This document shows, piece after piece, positions 48,737 through 62,550 of a stretch of DNA of 64,000 nt. The position numbers were made by a program, and so were the translations under genes. The stretch spans positions 152,770,001 through 152,834,000 of the forward strand of contig CM059432.1 in assembly GCA_030390025.1 (NCBI GenBank), given 5' to 3'. A model generated the notes under the pieces. That model searched no databases. It worked only from the letters and a program-made list of their open reading frames with translations, and was not told where the DNA came from. Origin of the DNA: Squalus acanthias (Eukaryota). How positions within the stretch are numbered: the first letter of the stretch is position 1; each line of letters starts with the position of its first letter.

Positions 48737-48846
48737 TCCTGCTTTTTTCCAGTTCTGACGAAAGGTCTTCAACCTGAAACGTTAACTCTGTTTCTCTCTC
48801 CACGGATGCTGCCTGGCCTGCTGAGTTTTTCCAGCGTTTTCTGTTA
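48737..48846 (+). mobile_element. Penelope-type pLTR fragment with minimal hammerhead motif, inserted in L2
   Basis: AGTT-CTGACGA-A-AGGT.cttca.ACCT-GAAAC-GTT-AACT; 9-bp TSD ttacaaatt (48728-48736 and 48847-48855). Confidence 0.75.
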
Positions 48847-49654
48847 TTACAAATTACATCCTCTGTGACTGATTGTGGTGTACTACCCTCCTCGACCGCT
48901 CTGCAGCCTTTGACATGGTCGACCACACCATCTTCCTCCAATGCCTCTCCTCCATAGTCCAGCTCAGTGGGACTGCCCTCATTTGGTGACATTCTTACCT
49001 ATCCAATTGTAGCCAACATATCTTCAGCAATGGCTTCTCTTCCCACCCTCGCTCCATTATCTCTGGAGTTCCCCAAGGATCTATCCTTGGTCCCCTCCTC
49101 TTTCTTAACTACATGCTGTCCTTTGGCAATATCATACAGAGACAGCTTCCGCATGTATGTTAATGTAACCTAGGTCAACCTCTCCACCACTTCTCTCAAC
49201 CCCTCTACTGTCCCTGTGTAGCCAGCCTGCTGGTCCGACTTCCAGTCTTGAATGAACCACAATTTTTTTCAGTTAAGCATTGGGTAGACTGAAATCATCG
49301 TCTTCGGCCCCCGCCATAAACTCCGTTCCCTTGCTACTGATTCAGCCCCTCCCTGGTCACTGTCTCAGGCCAAACCAGACTGTTTGCAATCTCAGCATCC
49401 TACTCGACCCTGAGTTGAACTCCCACCAGCGCATTATCTCCATCACAAAGACCGCCTACTTCCACCTCCAGAATATCATCCATCTCCGCATCTGCCGTAG
49501 CCCACCTGCTGCCAAAACCCTCAGTGACGCCTTTGTCGCCTTCATGCTTGACAATTCCAGTGTTCCCCTCGCTGCCTTCCCATTCTACACACTCTGTAAA
49601 TTTCACCTCACCCAAAATTCTGACGACTGTTTCCTAGCTCGCACCAAGTCCTGC

Positions 49655-49803
49655 TCACCCCTCACCCCATCGCTCCTGGTCACCCCTCACCCCATCACTC
49701 CTGGTCACCCCTCACCCCATCGCTCCTGGTCACCCCTCACCCCATCGCTCCTGGTCACCCCATCGCTCCTGGTCACCCCTCACCCCATCGCTCCTGCTCA
49801 CCC
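49655..49803. repeat. 25-bp minisatellite (TCACCCCTCACCCCATCGCTCCTGG), about 6 units, arisen inside L2
   Basis: Visible tandem units derived from the L2 SPITP-coding segment. Confidence 0.9.
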
Positions 49804-51159
49804 AACACCTTCAATTTAAAATTCTCATCCTTATGTTCAAATCCCTTCATGGTCTTGCCGTTCCATATCTCTGTCACCTCCTCCAGCCCTACAATGCCAC
49901 CAGAACTCTGTGCTCCTCTGAATCTGGCCTCTTGTGCATCCCCCCTTCTTTCACACCACCGTTAACAACCATCTATGCCCTCCGCTCTGGAATTCCCTCC
50001 CTAAACCCCTCCGCCTCTCCACCTCCCTCACCCTTAAGACCCTCCTTAAAACCTATGTTAAAAAGCACTATATAAATGCAAGTAGTCGTTGTGTTTATTA
50101 TAGATGGATTTACAAAAAGTAGAAAAGTTTTGGATGGACTGGTGACTTACAACAGGAGGTTTCCCTGCATCCACTTCTCCTCCAACAGGTTGCAAGGCTC
50201 CTGTGTACAATGCACAGTTGCAAGGAAAGTCCAAATGCGAGTGTGAATATCATGGTAACACACTGCAAAAAATAACTCTTTTGTGCCCTTCTGCCACTGA
50301 GGTGCTGACATCACCGTGGCTGTGCTGGCTGCAAGAGGCCAGAAATGGAACAGTAAAATCTCTGAGAGCCCTGTAAAAAAAAAAATGCTGAAAAAAATCA
50401 ACTCAAAGGTTCAACAGAAGCTGCAAGTATTAGACAGTAACAGCTGGCTGCAATCAAATTGCGACATAACTTTCCAGGTTCATGTGACGTTATAAACTAC
50501 TGGATCTTTGCTATTTACAGTTTGCGTTACAGGTTAAAATAGTCCCCAAAAGAAATCCCGGTGTCCTCCTCCATGGAACAGAAGTGGGTTGTAGAACTTC
50601 ATTGTACCATCAGAATGAAATGAATTTGTTAAGAAGTGTCTTCATCTGTCATTTTGCATTTTAAATCTTTGGGATTAAAGCACATGTCTACAAGGAAGCA
50701 TTCCACTGAAATCAAAAATATCTCTTAGAACAGTCGGACAAATGCTAGGAATTGTCTTTACTAGTTGGTAGGGAGCGTACAGTTTTGTAAATGCTAGCAT
50801 GTCACTAGAGTGTAGGTGACACAGGTCTTTATATATTTGGGGGAAGGATTTTGTCTCTGTGCTGTTTGTGGTGAAATTGGAAGTGTTTATAAAGAATACA
50901 TTTACAATTTAATTACAAATAGCGTACAGAGGAAACGCTCCCATTTAATTTGAACAGAGTCCTGTTTACCGTCCTGTAGAATGTCCTAGTGCGATAGAGA
51001 GACCTGACCAGTGTTAACTAAAAATTGGCACATGCCCAGATCCGTTGATGTGTGTGAAGAGTAGGTTTGAAGTCGTTTCCAAGAATGCAATTTGTGTTCA
51101 GCTATTGGTGCCTCATTGAACAACCTTGGTGACAATCTGACGTCTGTTTGCTTTTGCAG

Positions 51160-51306
51160 TACCGCATGCTGGAGTTAGCCCAGCAGAATATTACCACCAG
51201 ATGGCTCTGTTGGCCGGCCATCGTAGCCCGTACGGTGAAATCCTTCCTCCAGCTGGCACAACAACTGCTGGTGCTCTTCACATGGAATATCTCCACGCAA
51301 TGGAAG
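51160..51306 (+). CDS. GLI3: GLI3 internal coding exon (equivalent to human exon 6), 147 nt, symmetric phase 1-1
   Basis: ttttgcAG acceptor; donor G|GTAGGT. Translates (V)[48 protein letters not shown](G). Confidence 0.97.
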
Positions 51307-53774
51307 GTAGGTAACAACCAAAAAAAACCTGGTCGTATATTGAAAATTCATCATGTAAAAGTTTCCATTCAAATGTTTTAAAAAAGAAATTGGCAAAATT
51401 TCAATCATAATAACGTTCAAAAGCAACTCCAAAAAAAGAGGTAATCTTGGGCTCTGTCACAGAAGTTGGTAGTTTGAGGGACCTGGCATTAATCTGATCT
51501 AGTCTTATTTTGGTGTTGATTGTTATCAGAGGGGTGACTGAGGTTTAACTACTGATGAGCAATTGCCAGGTTTAGGAGGGTGAAGGACTGAATTGCATTC
51601 ACAAAAGTGGCAAGCAGCACCATGGAGTGGCAGTCAAAGCCTCCCTTCAGCATTGTCACAGAAGGTGAATCTTCAGTCTCAACAGATCCATGTAAAAAAA
51701 AAACATGGCTCCCCGATAAAGGGGCAGGGATTTGGGGGGAAATTCCTACCCGTGCTATTCTCGTGCACTTCCTACGGGGCTCAATATAACAATACTGGCC
51801 AGGAAACGAGCTCCCCTACTTTCCATTCAGTTGGGAAATAGGGCATGACATTGGAGAGGAAGGTCAAGATAGGTCGGAGAAAATGGCGTTGAGAGTGGGC
51901 TGTTGAGCCCATATCGCTATAGCTGTGTGAGGAGATGGCATGGTAACGTATTTATGCAGCATGCCGTGAATTGATAAGGTTTTGGGTTTTACCATCACGA
52001 CTCTCCACATAGATTTTTTTCTCAATCTCAGTCAGGCCGTCAAGTGAGGTAGCAGGCTGCGCAAGTCAATGCACCAATGCACCTCCCAGTGGCCAACTTC
52101 AGAACTGCAATTGCAGAAGCCTCACCTGAGAACTGGCAATGTGTAGTACAGCTCCAGAGGAACCAGAGAGGAGAAAAGGTTTTTGGTAAAAAAAATTCTA
52201 TCACTCCGAATGCTTCTTTTTTGTTTAAGTAGCAAAGAGGTCATGAACATTTCAAATATCTGATTCTACTCTGGACATTACTCAGTGTTTGAAAAACTAA
52301 ATTAAAAATTCTAAATTCAGTGGCGGGCAAGACCATATTTATTTATTATATAAACACAGTTTTAAAAGTTACTGTTGCCTCATTGTGCTGTTGAATCCGA
52401 AACAAAATCTGTGGCAAAGCTCACAAAAGTTCAATTCAGGATCAGTAATCCCAGCGATATGCCTGTTAGACGCAGGTTTTGCAAAAAGGAGAAGCTGGGT
52501 TTTAAGTAGGACGATGTGGAAATACCAGCCAAGTGTGAGGTTACCAGTTTAAATGCTATAGGGTGAGGAAAAATTTACATTACTTTTCGACACAGGGAGG
52601 GCTAATATGAGAGCAATTTCTTTTAAATGAAGAAAAAAAACTAGTTCCATTAAAATTCAAGCAACAACATTTAAATTAGGCATTGTTTTAAAGTGCGGGG
52701 CAAATATGCATAGTTATGTTATGCAAATGAGTTATTTTGTAGTGTAAATAGAAGATTAAAAGAAGAGTGCATTGTGGGAAGGTCACTTAACCTCACCTTT
52801 TCCCAGCTGATGAGAGTCTGTTTAGTCAGTACTTCCTTTTAATCTAAACAGGATGAATTTACCCTTTTTCTTTGTACAAAGCAATCAAAGCATCTAAACT
52901 CCAGTCGCTGTCAAACTTCAATCTGGATTAGGTGGTGATGGGTTGCCCCATCATTCATCTCAGTATGACTCTATTCTTCTGTTACAGTTTAAGAATAATA
53001 TCCTGAAACTGAAACTAAATTATTTATCCATTAAAATGTCTGTTATTGTACTCACCACAGCTTTTTAAAAATCATTTATCTTCATCTTTTTCAGGTAGTA
53101 GCTGGTAGAAGTGTGTTTTTTAGATGTTAACAATCATTTTTTATTTTTTTTTAAAGCTTACTGACTTTATTATACTGCAACAGTTTGCTTTCTGCACTAT
53201 TAATGTATTCCTATATAAAATGAGTTAATATTCAGTCACCTAATTTAAAAACTGAAAGCTAATTAGGTGAATTATCCCGAATTGTCAGTGAGGTCCAGTT
53301 GGTCCTTAAGCATAAGATTCCCTCCATATCTTGCTCTGTTTAGGCACTGCAATTAGAAACGACTGCTACATGTAAATCATGTGATATTGAATCAGATGTA
53401 AAAACCTTACAGCGCTGTGATTAAATAACGTGAATGCACTGTCCCCTGTTGGACATGTTGGAAAGTTGAGAGTTAATAATGGCGTGTTGTTGTGAACCGT
53501 CGAGGGGGAAGGAGGTTGACATCCTCCCAAGTGGAAGAGAGGCTGAAGACTAATGGGCTATAATGTTAATCTCATTCCCCAATAGGGAAGGAGGGATTGA
53601 TGGATACGTGAGATCAATCCAAGTTGGGGCAAAAGATCTTTTCCAGTTCCTTTCCTATGTTCCTATTTGTCTGTCCCACCCATTTAATCCCCAGAGTAAA
53701 AGTCCTGCCAAGTTTCTCCATGCTCCACCCTCCCTAAAGGTAAATGGAGTGAAACTCAAAAATACACATAATAC

Positions 53775-54215
53775 AAAGAAAGAACTTGCATTTCTATAGC
53801 GCCTTTCACAATATCAGGACGTCCCAAAGCGCTTTACAGCCAATGAAGTACTTTTGAAGTGTTGTTACTGTTGTAATGTAGGAAACGCGGCAGCCATTGT
53901 GCGCACAGCAAGCTCCCACAAACAGCAATTAAATAAATGACCAGATCATCTGTTTTAGGTGTTGGTTGAGGGATAAATGTTGACCAGACCACCGGGAGAA
54001 CTCCCCTTCTCTTCTTTGAATAGTGCCGTGGGATCTTGTACATCCACCTGAGAGGGCAGACGGGGTCTCACTTTAAAATCTCGTTTGAAAGACGGTACCT
54101 CCGACAGTGCAGCACTGAGATGTCAGCCTAGATTATATGCTCAATTCTCTGGAATGGGACTTGAACCCAGCACCTTCTGACTCAGGCGCGATGCTACCAC
54201 TGAGCCACAGCTGAA
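53775..54215 (-). mobile_element. SacSINE1-like SINE
   Basis: Same family, reverse orientation, in intron 6. Confidence 0.87.
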
Positions 54216-54584
54216 CATCTATTCTAATCTTGTATTCTACACTATAACTGCTGAGCCAGTTACTTTGCTTCGTGTGATACCTCCATGCTTCCGTCATGTT
54301 TTACACAGTGACTCTCCATCCATTCTCATCTTCATGAGTCTCAATTCCATTCCAAACAAACTATTTCTCCAACTCTATCTTGCCCGACATTGGCAAATCG
54401 TTACATTACAAGAATTCCCCTCCCACCGTTATACTGGGAACAGCACAAGGCCCAGAACATGTGGAACCCTGCTGGTCCCTACTCTCCAGAGGGAGCTTTT
54501 GTTCTATTTACTGTCACCCTTCTGCTTTCTAAGCGGCAAAACCACATCCATGACTTGGATGATAGTGAAGTCAGAGGGCTAATA

Positions 54585-54810
54585 TTACATAGAATGCACA
54601 GCACAGAAACAGGCCATTCGGCCCAACAGGTCTATGCCGGTGTTTATGCTCCACACGTATCTCCTCCCACTCTACTTCATCTCACCCTTTCAACATATCC
54701 TTCGATTCCTTTCTCACTCATGTACTTATCCAGCTTCCCCTTAAAGGCATCTCTGCTCTTCACCTCAACCACTCCATGTGGGAGCGAGTTCCCCATTCTC
54801 ACCACTCACT
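54585..54810 (-). mobile_element. CR1 3' end fragment (another subfamily)
   Basis: acatagaatgcacagcacagaaacaggccattcggccc terminus and gagttccccattctcaccactc. Confidence 0.75.
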
Positions 54811-57040
54811 GAGGAATAACATGCACCTTCACAACTGAGATCAATCCTCACTCCCACGATCATTATCGCCATTACGGGGATTGACAATCATTGTAATAAA
54901 GTTTATTCAAAAAAAAATCTTTTCCTGTCAGTGGGTTAAATCCATAGCCCTGATTGATAACAACAGATGGTTCAGGAGCTGACTGATAGCATCCGACTCA
55001 AAAGAATTTTTAATTTAGTTTTTCAGAGGTGCTCTGCCAGTTCGAACTTTGCATCAGCCCTACTGGTGATATTCTGATGCTTAATTTATCCCCGCTTCTG
55101 TTTTTCTTGACGGTTTGTTGAAACTCCTTTGATTAAGGAGGTTCCCACTGGGATTTGTATTGTAGGTTTATTACATTTATAGTTTAGAAAGTCCTCTTCT
55201 TGGCCTTTAAGTATGCAATTTAGAAGACAAGAATGGTTCACCAAACTTTGGATTAATTATAATAGTACAGGTAGTATGAGGTAAAATAATTATCAGAGTG
55301 CTTGTTTTATTTAGAAATGGTGATTATAATTTCTGCTAAGTTTCAATGTTCCACATACACAGTGAGAAAATCTCTAAACCGATAACAGATACAACTTTAA
55401 AAAAAAAGCCTCGTCATGGGTAATCACTGAAAAATCTGCTTTATAATTGTTGGAAACTAGATATTCTGGTCTAAAGTGTAATTACAATCCTACTGGATAA
55501 AGTGTTATTGTCTCATGTTAAATTGGTAATGTCTGCATTTTCCAACCAATTTATAAAGAGAAAGAATGTTCAGAGCCTGCTTAATTAGGGTGAGAAGACA
55601 AATGGGTGGAATTTTACCCTCATTCATAATGAACTGGCAAAACTCTGCTAATATTACCCTGAAAATACTTTGACCCTTTCACTGGTTCAAATTTATGCTT
55701 AGCTTTGAGAATAGTGTGCTATTTTTGGATCCTTTTCTGTTTGAAAAGTTCTATTAATTTTGTCTTCAATAGAACACCATTCCTCGGTATTATATGAATG
55801 AAATGGATACAATGAAATAAGAATTGTGAGCTAAAGTTAAATATACGTGTTTGTAATTCAGCAGCAGACTAGCATTTGCATCACCAGAAGGATGCAATGA
55901 CAGTCATGTCTGATCAGATCTATAGTCAGTCAAACACTAATGCTTCAGTTTTGCTTAGCCTTTCAACTGGAATTTACACAGGCACAAGACTGAGTTTTGG
56001 CACGTTTTCATTACAGGAATTGGGCCCGTCATCTGCATCATTTGACTCAGCCTCCCACCCTCCCGTCCCCCCCAATCCTCCATTTTGGCCACAGGGACCC
56101 CGGATAAGACTTATTTCAATCAGTTGTGACCTGTGGTTCCTGCCCTCTTTGCCACCAGTCGATCTTCTTTATCCTCAGTATTTTAGCCCCTGATCAAGGA
56201 TGTAGAGATAGAAAGCCACGTGATGTTCTCCTAATCATTCAACTTTAAGATTGCAAAAAAAAGAATGACAATCCATTTATTTCAGTGTGTGCTCCCTATA
56301 TGCTACTGGAAAGAATGGAAAACTGGAGCCTGTGTGTACTGGCTTCATTTACATCTGATTATGTACTGCACGGGAGAGGGGAAAAAGCAGATTTTCATTC
56401 ATATACAATTGACTGCAATTTTGTGTACAAATTTGCAACTGTATAGCATATGGGGAAGGTTAGCCATTAAGTGACTGTTGGAAGCAGTAAATGTGCCACA
56501 GTTAAGTTATTACCCTGGTCACACTGATTATTCTAACAAGTATAAAAATAATTGTCACTGCCTCGGAGAAGCAGTTTCTCAACATGACTTCCATCTCGAG
56601 CAGCAGCCAACGGTAGCTGCAAACTGTACAACTTATTCCAACTTGAAATTTCTCAACTTTTATTTTCTATTCAGTCAGCTTTTGTTCTGAAGGTTTCCTT
56701 ATTCCTGGTACAGGTCTGAACCACTGTCTCGCTGGTTGTGGCGAATTAATGATGTGAATGTCTAAGCAGCCGTCAGATTCATAAATCACTAGAAATGAGA
56801 GGGGCAATACATAGAAGCCTTTTCTTTTTGTTTAGCAATTTATCATTTTGCTTGCACATTAATAAACAGAGCTCCCCTGAGGTAAGGCAGTGGAAGATAA
56901 ATTCTTCTTCCTAATTTTCCTCAATTGTAGCCAGTAGATCACAGGTGAGCAGTAAGCCGCTTATCAGAGAAAGTCATTTTTTTGAGCTTCCTTCTACACA
57001 TTAGTTGGGCATGATGAATAAATGGACAGTTTGAACATGA

Positions 57041-57289
<249 letters not shown>

Positions 57290-60200
57290 TAAGAAGAATT
57301 CGCTGTTCCTCAGGGTTCATCAGATGTGTTACTTCATATTTGTAAATGATAAAGATTTATGGTTTGTTATTTGCTTATCCATTTACGTTCCATGATTTTT
57401 TTTTTCGAAATCCCTTTTTTTCTTTATGCTTATTTTCTGAAGATCCGGAAACTATTGTGTTACTTGGTCTTGGTTCTTGTTAGTAATTTTGTGGAAGTTT
57501 CTCGAAAGGCAAGTAGTTTGTCAGTGAAATGGCACTAAGGGAATGGGTAGGCTTTTTGCCGTTGTTTAGTTGAACAATTTTTGTTCGTTAAAGGGTCACC
57601 TCTTTATGAAGCAGTGCTAAAATCACCTTTCATGTATGGAGAGAGAAGAGCCATTCATTATTTCTGTTGCAATGACCTTGTGAGTCTTGTGTTTCCGTGA
57701 AAAAAGTATGTTCCTTAAAATTGTTGTAGAGTGTTTCTGTATCTTGGATTCTGCCTTTTTTCTGTTCTCCTCAATTTCTGTATTAAAATATCTGAAAGGG
57801 CTTGGTCATAGACCTCAGCTAACTACAGTCAGAAGAACCCAAAGATTAGACTGGGTAAAAGGTATCTGCTAAAGATCCCCTTCCTGTTTCAGCTATTCAA
57901 CTTACGCGTGAGAGAAATGCCTGCAGCCTCACTCTAGACAACAGTAGATCAGTGTGTCTTACTCATTTCTTCCACTGCTAAGATCTTGCTGGATGAACAA
58001 GGTTGGGGTTTAAACAGCACAATTGAATTAATGCCCGGACCGACCGAACTAACCCGGAGAGAGAGGAACAGTGCCACAGCAACTCACTGGGACTTTACTA
58101 AGTGGAGTGCTGTCACCTGCTGCAATGGTTTGTGTTGTGCTAGCGCTTAACCTTCCTCCTGATGATTAGAAAATGTAAACGATTGTGTGCTTCTGACCTT
58201 TCTTCCCGTTTTGCCATTTGTGAATTAGTCTGATTGCATGGCTGTGTTGTGTTACAGAACCATGTGAAGCTCCCTTTATGAAGACTGCAGGTTGAAGTCT
58301 GTTGTTGAATGTGGCGTCTGTTGTGTCTCTGTCAGGCTCACAGCCCAACCAGGAATAGCTCGAGTTTCCAGAGTCCCAAAGGGGCAGCAAGTATTTGAGT
58401 CGCAGCAGTAAAGAGAAGGCAGCGAGTGCCAGCGTATTTTGTAGTTTGAGGGAAGACACGTTCAGTAATGTGGCTGTTTGCATGACATTTTTTTTAAAAA
58501 AAGGCCTAATTTGAAAAACACCACAACGTCATTTATCAATGTACAGGTGTTTTGTGGAAAGTCGGGTGCATTTGACTAATGCTAAAGTGACCTTGTTGCC
58601 ATGTGTTGTCATTCACATTTGTTTTGATTACAATGATTTTAATCTGTTAATTGACGAGACGAATATTGTTTGGGTGGGTGGGGATGCAAGTGAGGCCCAG
58701 AACCTGAAACACTGTTGCTGATATCAAAACTGGTTTAATTTAATTATTATTCTATAACATTAAACTTGAGGGCAATTCATAGGGCCTCTTCTATTTCAGA
58801 GTTGTTCTGCCCATTGTAAATGACCTGCCTGATGAGGGCTTTCTACACTGTCACAAGTTTACATAAACAGTAGCCAAACTACCTTTTGAGGTAAAATCCG
58901 TAGATTGCAATGGAGTTTGCAGTTCGGTAAGAAAAAACAAACAGCAAAGCAGAGTTGTAACACAGCACTGAGCTAGCGGCTAACACCAGTACATACTCCT
59001 ACTGTCTGTAGCTGATCAGATCAATCTGTATGTGAAAGTACAAAAACCGATGCAACGGTGCAGATTAGGGTGCGATTTTTGTTTTATGGTCATGTACGTA
59101 AAATAAATAAATTAACCCTTAGATAACTTAATCATCTGAAATATAATGCTGTGGCACATGGTCAAAGTCTCTATTACTCTGTTAGATAATTGAAGAGGAG
59201 AGAGTTAAGTCACTTTGTTCTTTGATGAATGGGTAGCACGTTGAAAAATAAATTGGACAAACTGCCAGTGAGCTCAGTGAACATGGAATTTACCATTAGA
59301 AGTATGCTCAAGAACAAATTTTGAGTCTGATATGCATCTTCTGATTAATACCCTATCAATCATACATACTGTCTGCCACAGCCTTAGTGCATTGTAATAA
59401 TTCATGACTACACACACGCACACACAATCACAATGCAACATGGGTTTTTGAGGCAAATGTTTTTATACATTCCATTGTAAGAATTAGATTTTTTTTCTGA
59501 TTTATTGTTTGCCCGCTTCCTTCCCCCTTTTGTGGGTCATGGATCGCCTTTGTGGCATTTGACCCCAATGACCCTTTGTAGAGCAAGGCTAGAAGAAGAC
59601 GTCCACCCATGGTGCAAGCCTGACCGAAAGCAAGTTTTTTTCCCCCCAGGGCTGGAATGACCCACTGCCACAGGTAACCCAGAGACCGTAAAGTGCAATG
59701 GCTGCATCACTGGCCTTAGTCGTGCCTCTTCCCCCAACTTGGTATGTCCCACCATAGCGCTTGCCCTGCCTGCCCACTTTATGTTCACACTTACTCTATT
59801 AATTTTCCTAGAAAACCTTTGCTAAGCACCCCCTCCTCCCAGTTTGTTTCTGATTCCACAGCACCTGCTGCTTCCTGAAACATTACAGTCACTTCACAAA
59901 ACAAAGTCTCGCGAGCTTGGTTTGGAATGTCCTTTCAATTTTCCCAATTACTTCCTGTGTGATTTTTACCAATAGAAATTCTACCAGAAATGTTCCACTG
60001 AGTGATATGGACAGGGCCCCTGGTTTAGTCTACTTTTATTACAAGAGATTTCATGATTTTTGGGGTTGCATTTGGCAGTTCTGTCTCGGGCCACTGGTTC
60101 ATGATGAGCCAATAATTCAAGTTCCTTTTTTTATGATGTGGTATTCAGGGATTTTTACTAGTGTTTTGAGGATCATGTTCTGCAATTCTTTCCATTTGGT

Positions 60201-60874
60201 TCTGTGAAAACTTCAAACCAGTGACCTTGGTCATGGTTTAATGCAGTAAAACCCACTTATCGTGCTGAGTTGTATCATAATCATCTTACTGGCAGACGTT
60301 CCAAAATACTGAACTTTCAATAGAACTTTGTTTATTTCTGTTAAATGATGCCAGTTCGCTATAATTGGCCTCAATTCCTTACTCCTTGAATTACCTTCTA
60401 CTGTCCCATCACAGAGTGAGATACTGAACAGCTAACCCGTCCGCTGGTCTCTGCCAATATTGCCTTTGAATTGCAATCTGGGAGCTTCACAATAGTGAGT
60501 CCAATTGTCTCATATCTGGAGATCCCGCCTCCCTTCTGTTCATAGATGCAAATGCTGGGGAAATAGAGGGAATGCGGTCCAACCCTTATCTCAATTTTTT
60601 TTGTTTTGGCATCTTATGTCCCCTCTTCACCTTCCACCCCTTCCCCACTCCAAATCCTGGAATTTCTTCTGATGTCTCCCATCACACCCAAGCTGTAAAT
60701 GTGGTTGTATCACTGCCTCCCTCAATGGCTTGGCTGAGATCACTAACTCCCCGTTTGGGAATTGTGGGGTAGGAATTGTTTCTGCCACCCATGCTATAGT
60801 GTACCTGAGAGCTGCACTGACACTAATTAACAAGTTCCCTCAATCCAAAATCCTGCAGTGTAAATAAACATTTT

Positions 60875-61236
60875 TAATTTATTCTCTGAATGTGAGCATT
60901 GCTGGTCAGGCTGCATTTCTTGCCCATTCCTAGTCACCCTGAGAAGGTGGTGGTGGGCTGCCTGCTTGAGCTGCTGCAGTCCATGTGCTGTTGGTGCTCC
61001 CACAGTGCTGTTAAGTAGGGAATTTCCAATTTTGACCCAGCAATGATGAAGGAACGGCAATATATTTCCAAATCAGGATGGTGTGTGACTTGGAGGTGAA
61101 ACTTGGAGGTGGTGGTGTTCCCAGGCGCCTGCTGCCCTTGTCCTTCTAGGTGGTGGAGGTCGCGCGTTGGGGAGGTGCTGTCGAAGAAGCCTTGGCGAGT
61201 TGCTGCAGTGCATCCTGTAGATAGGATGCGCTGCAA
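60875..61236 (-). mobile_element. LINE family B 3' end
   Basis: Homologous to 7376-7747 (MHCSNSPRLLRQHLPN...). Confidence 0.85.
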
Positions 61237-62550
61237 TGGAAACATCCTTCCAGCCATGTGGGACCTTGTCAAAGGCTTTGCTAAAATCCATGTAGACTAC
61301 ATCAAATGCACTACCCTCATTGACCCTCCTCGTAACCTCCTTAAAAAATTCAGTCAAGTTAGTCAGACACGACCTTCCCTTAACAAATCCATGCTGACTG
61401 TCCTTGATTAATCCATGATGAAGTATCCTGTCTCTCAGAATTTTTTCCAATAATTTTCCCACCACCGAAGTTAGGCTGCTTGGCCTGTAATTACTCGGTT
61501 TATCCCTTTCTCCCTTTTTTAAATAACGGTACAACGTTAGCAGTCTTCCAGTCCTCTGGCACTACGCCTGTAGCCAGAGAGGATTGGAAAATGGTGATCA
61601 GAGCCTCCACTATTTCCTCCCTTGCCTCTCTTAACAGCCTTTGATACATTTCATCCGGGCCTGGCAATTTATCTACTTTCAAAGATGCTAAACCTCTTAA
61701 TACTTCCTCTCTCACTATGTTTATCTCATCTAATATTTCACACTCCTTCTCCTTAACTACAATGTCTGAATCGTATCTCTCTTCTGTGAAGACAAACGCA
61801 AAGTATTCATTAAGAACCATACCATGTCTTCTGCCTCCACACACAGGTTACCTTTTTGGTCTCTAATAGGCCCCACTCTTTCCTTAGTTATTCTCTTGTT
61901 CTTTATGTATTTATGAAACATCTTTGGGTTTTCCTTGATTTTACTTGCAAATATTTTTTCATGCCCTCTCTGCTTTTCCTTTTTAATTTCACCCCCTGCA
62001 CTTTCTATACTCCGCTAGGCTTTCTGTAGTATTGAGCTCTCGGTATCTGACAAAACCTTCCCTTTTTTTATCCCATCCTGTATGCTCCTTGACATCTAGG
62101 GGGCTCTAGATATGGGAGTTCCACGCTTTTTCTTTGTGGGAATATATTTGCTCTGGACCCTCACTATCTCCTCCTTGAATGCCTCCTGCTGCTCTGACAC
62201 TGATTTACCTTCAAGTAGCTGTTTCTGGTCCACTTTTGCTAAATCACATCTCAGCTTATTAAAATTAGCCTTTCCCCAATTGAGAACTTTTACACCTGAT
62301 CTATCTTTGTCCTTTTCCATAATTATGTTAAATCTAACTGAATTATGATCACTGCCACCAAAATGCTCTCCCACTGATACCCCTTCCACCTGCCCAGCTG
62401 CATTCCCTAAAACTAAGTCCAGAACTGCCCCCTCTCTTGTTGCCCTGTATTCCTTTTACACTGATTCTATCCCAGTTAATATTAGGGTAGTTGAAATCCC
62501 CAACTATTACTGCCCTATTGTTTTTGCACTTCTCAGAAATTTGCCACATA
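61237..62550 (-). mobile_element. CR1 family A internal fragment (endonuclease C-terminus to RT domain 3), with internal deletions
   Basis: VIVGDFNYPNINW and GSDHNSVRF (APE endonuclease), KLPGPD, NYRPSSLT, DFSKAFDKVPH; roughly 90% similar by eye to 12545-13559. Confidence 0.93.

Larger units (their letters stand above)
48330..50092 (+). mobile_element. Decayed L2 LINE, about 1.75 kb, with secondary insertions
   Basis: AFDMVDHTI, GVPQGSILGP, KTAYFHLQNI and LWNSLPKPLR segments in shifting frames; tail aaatgcaagtagtcgttg. Confidence 0.88.

Noticed and set aside
62491..62550. N-terminus of the 499-aa ORF as a real start
   Set aside because: First 20 codons are antisense CR1-A sequence with a TTG start; the element is 5'-truncated and lacks the endonuclease.
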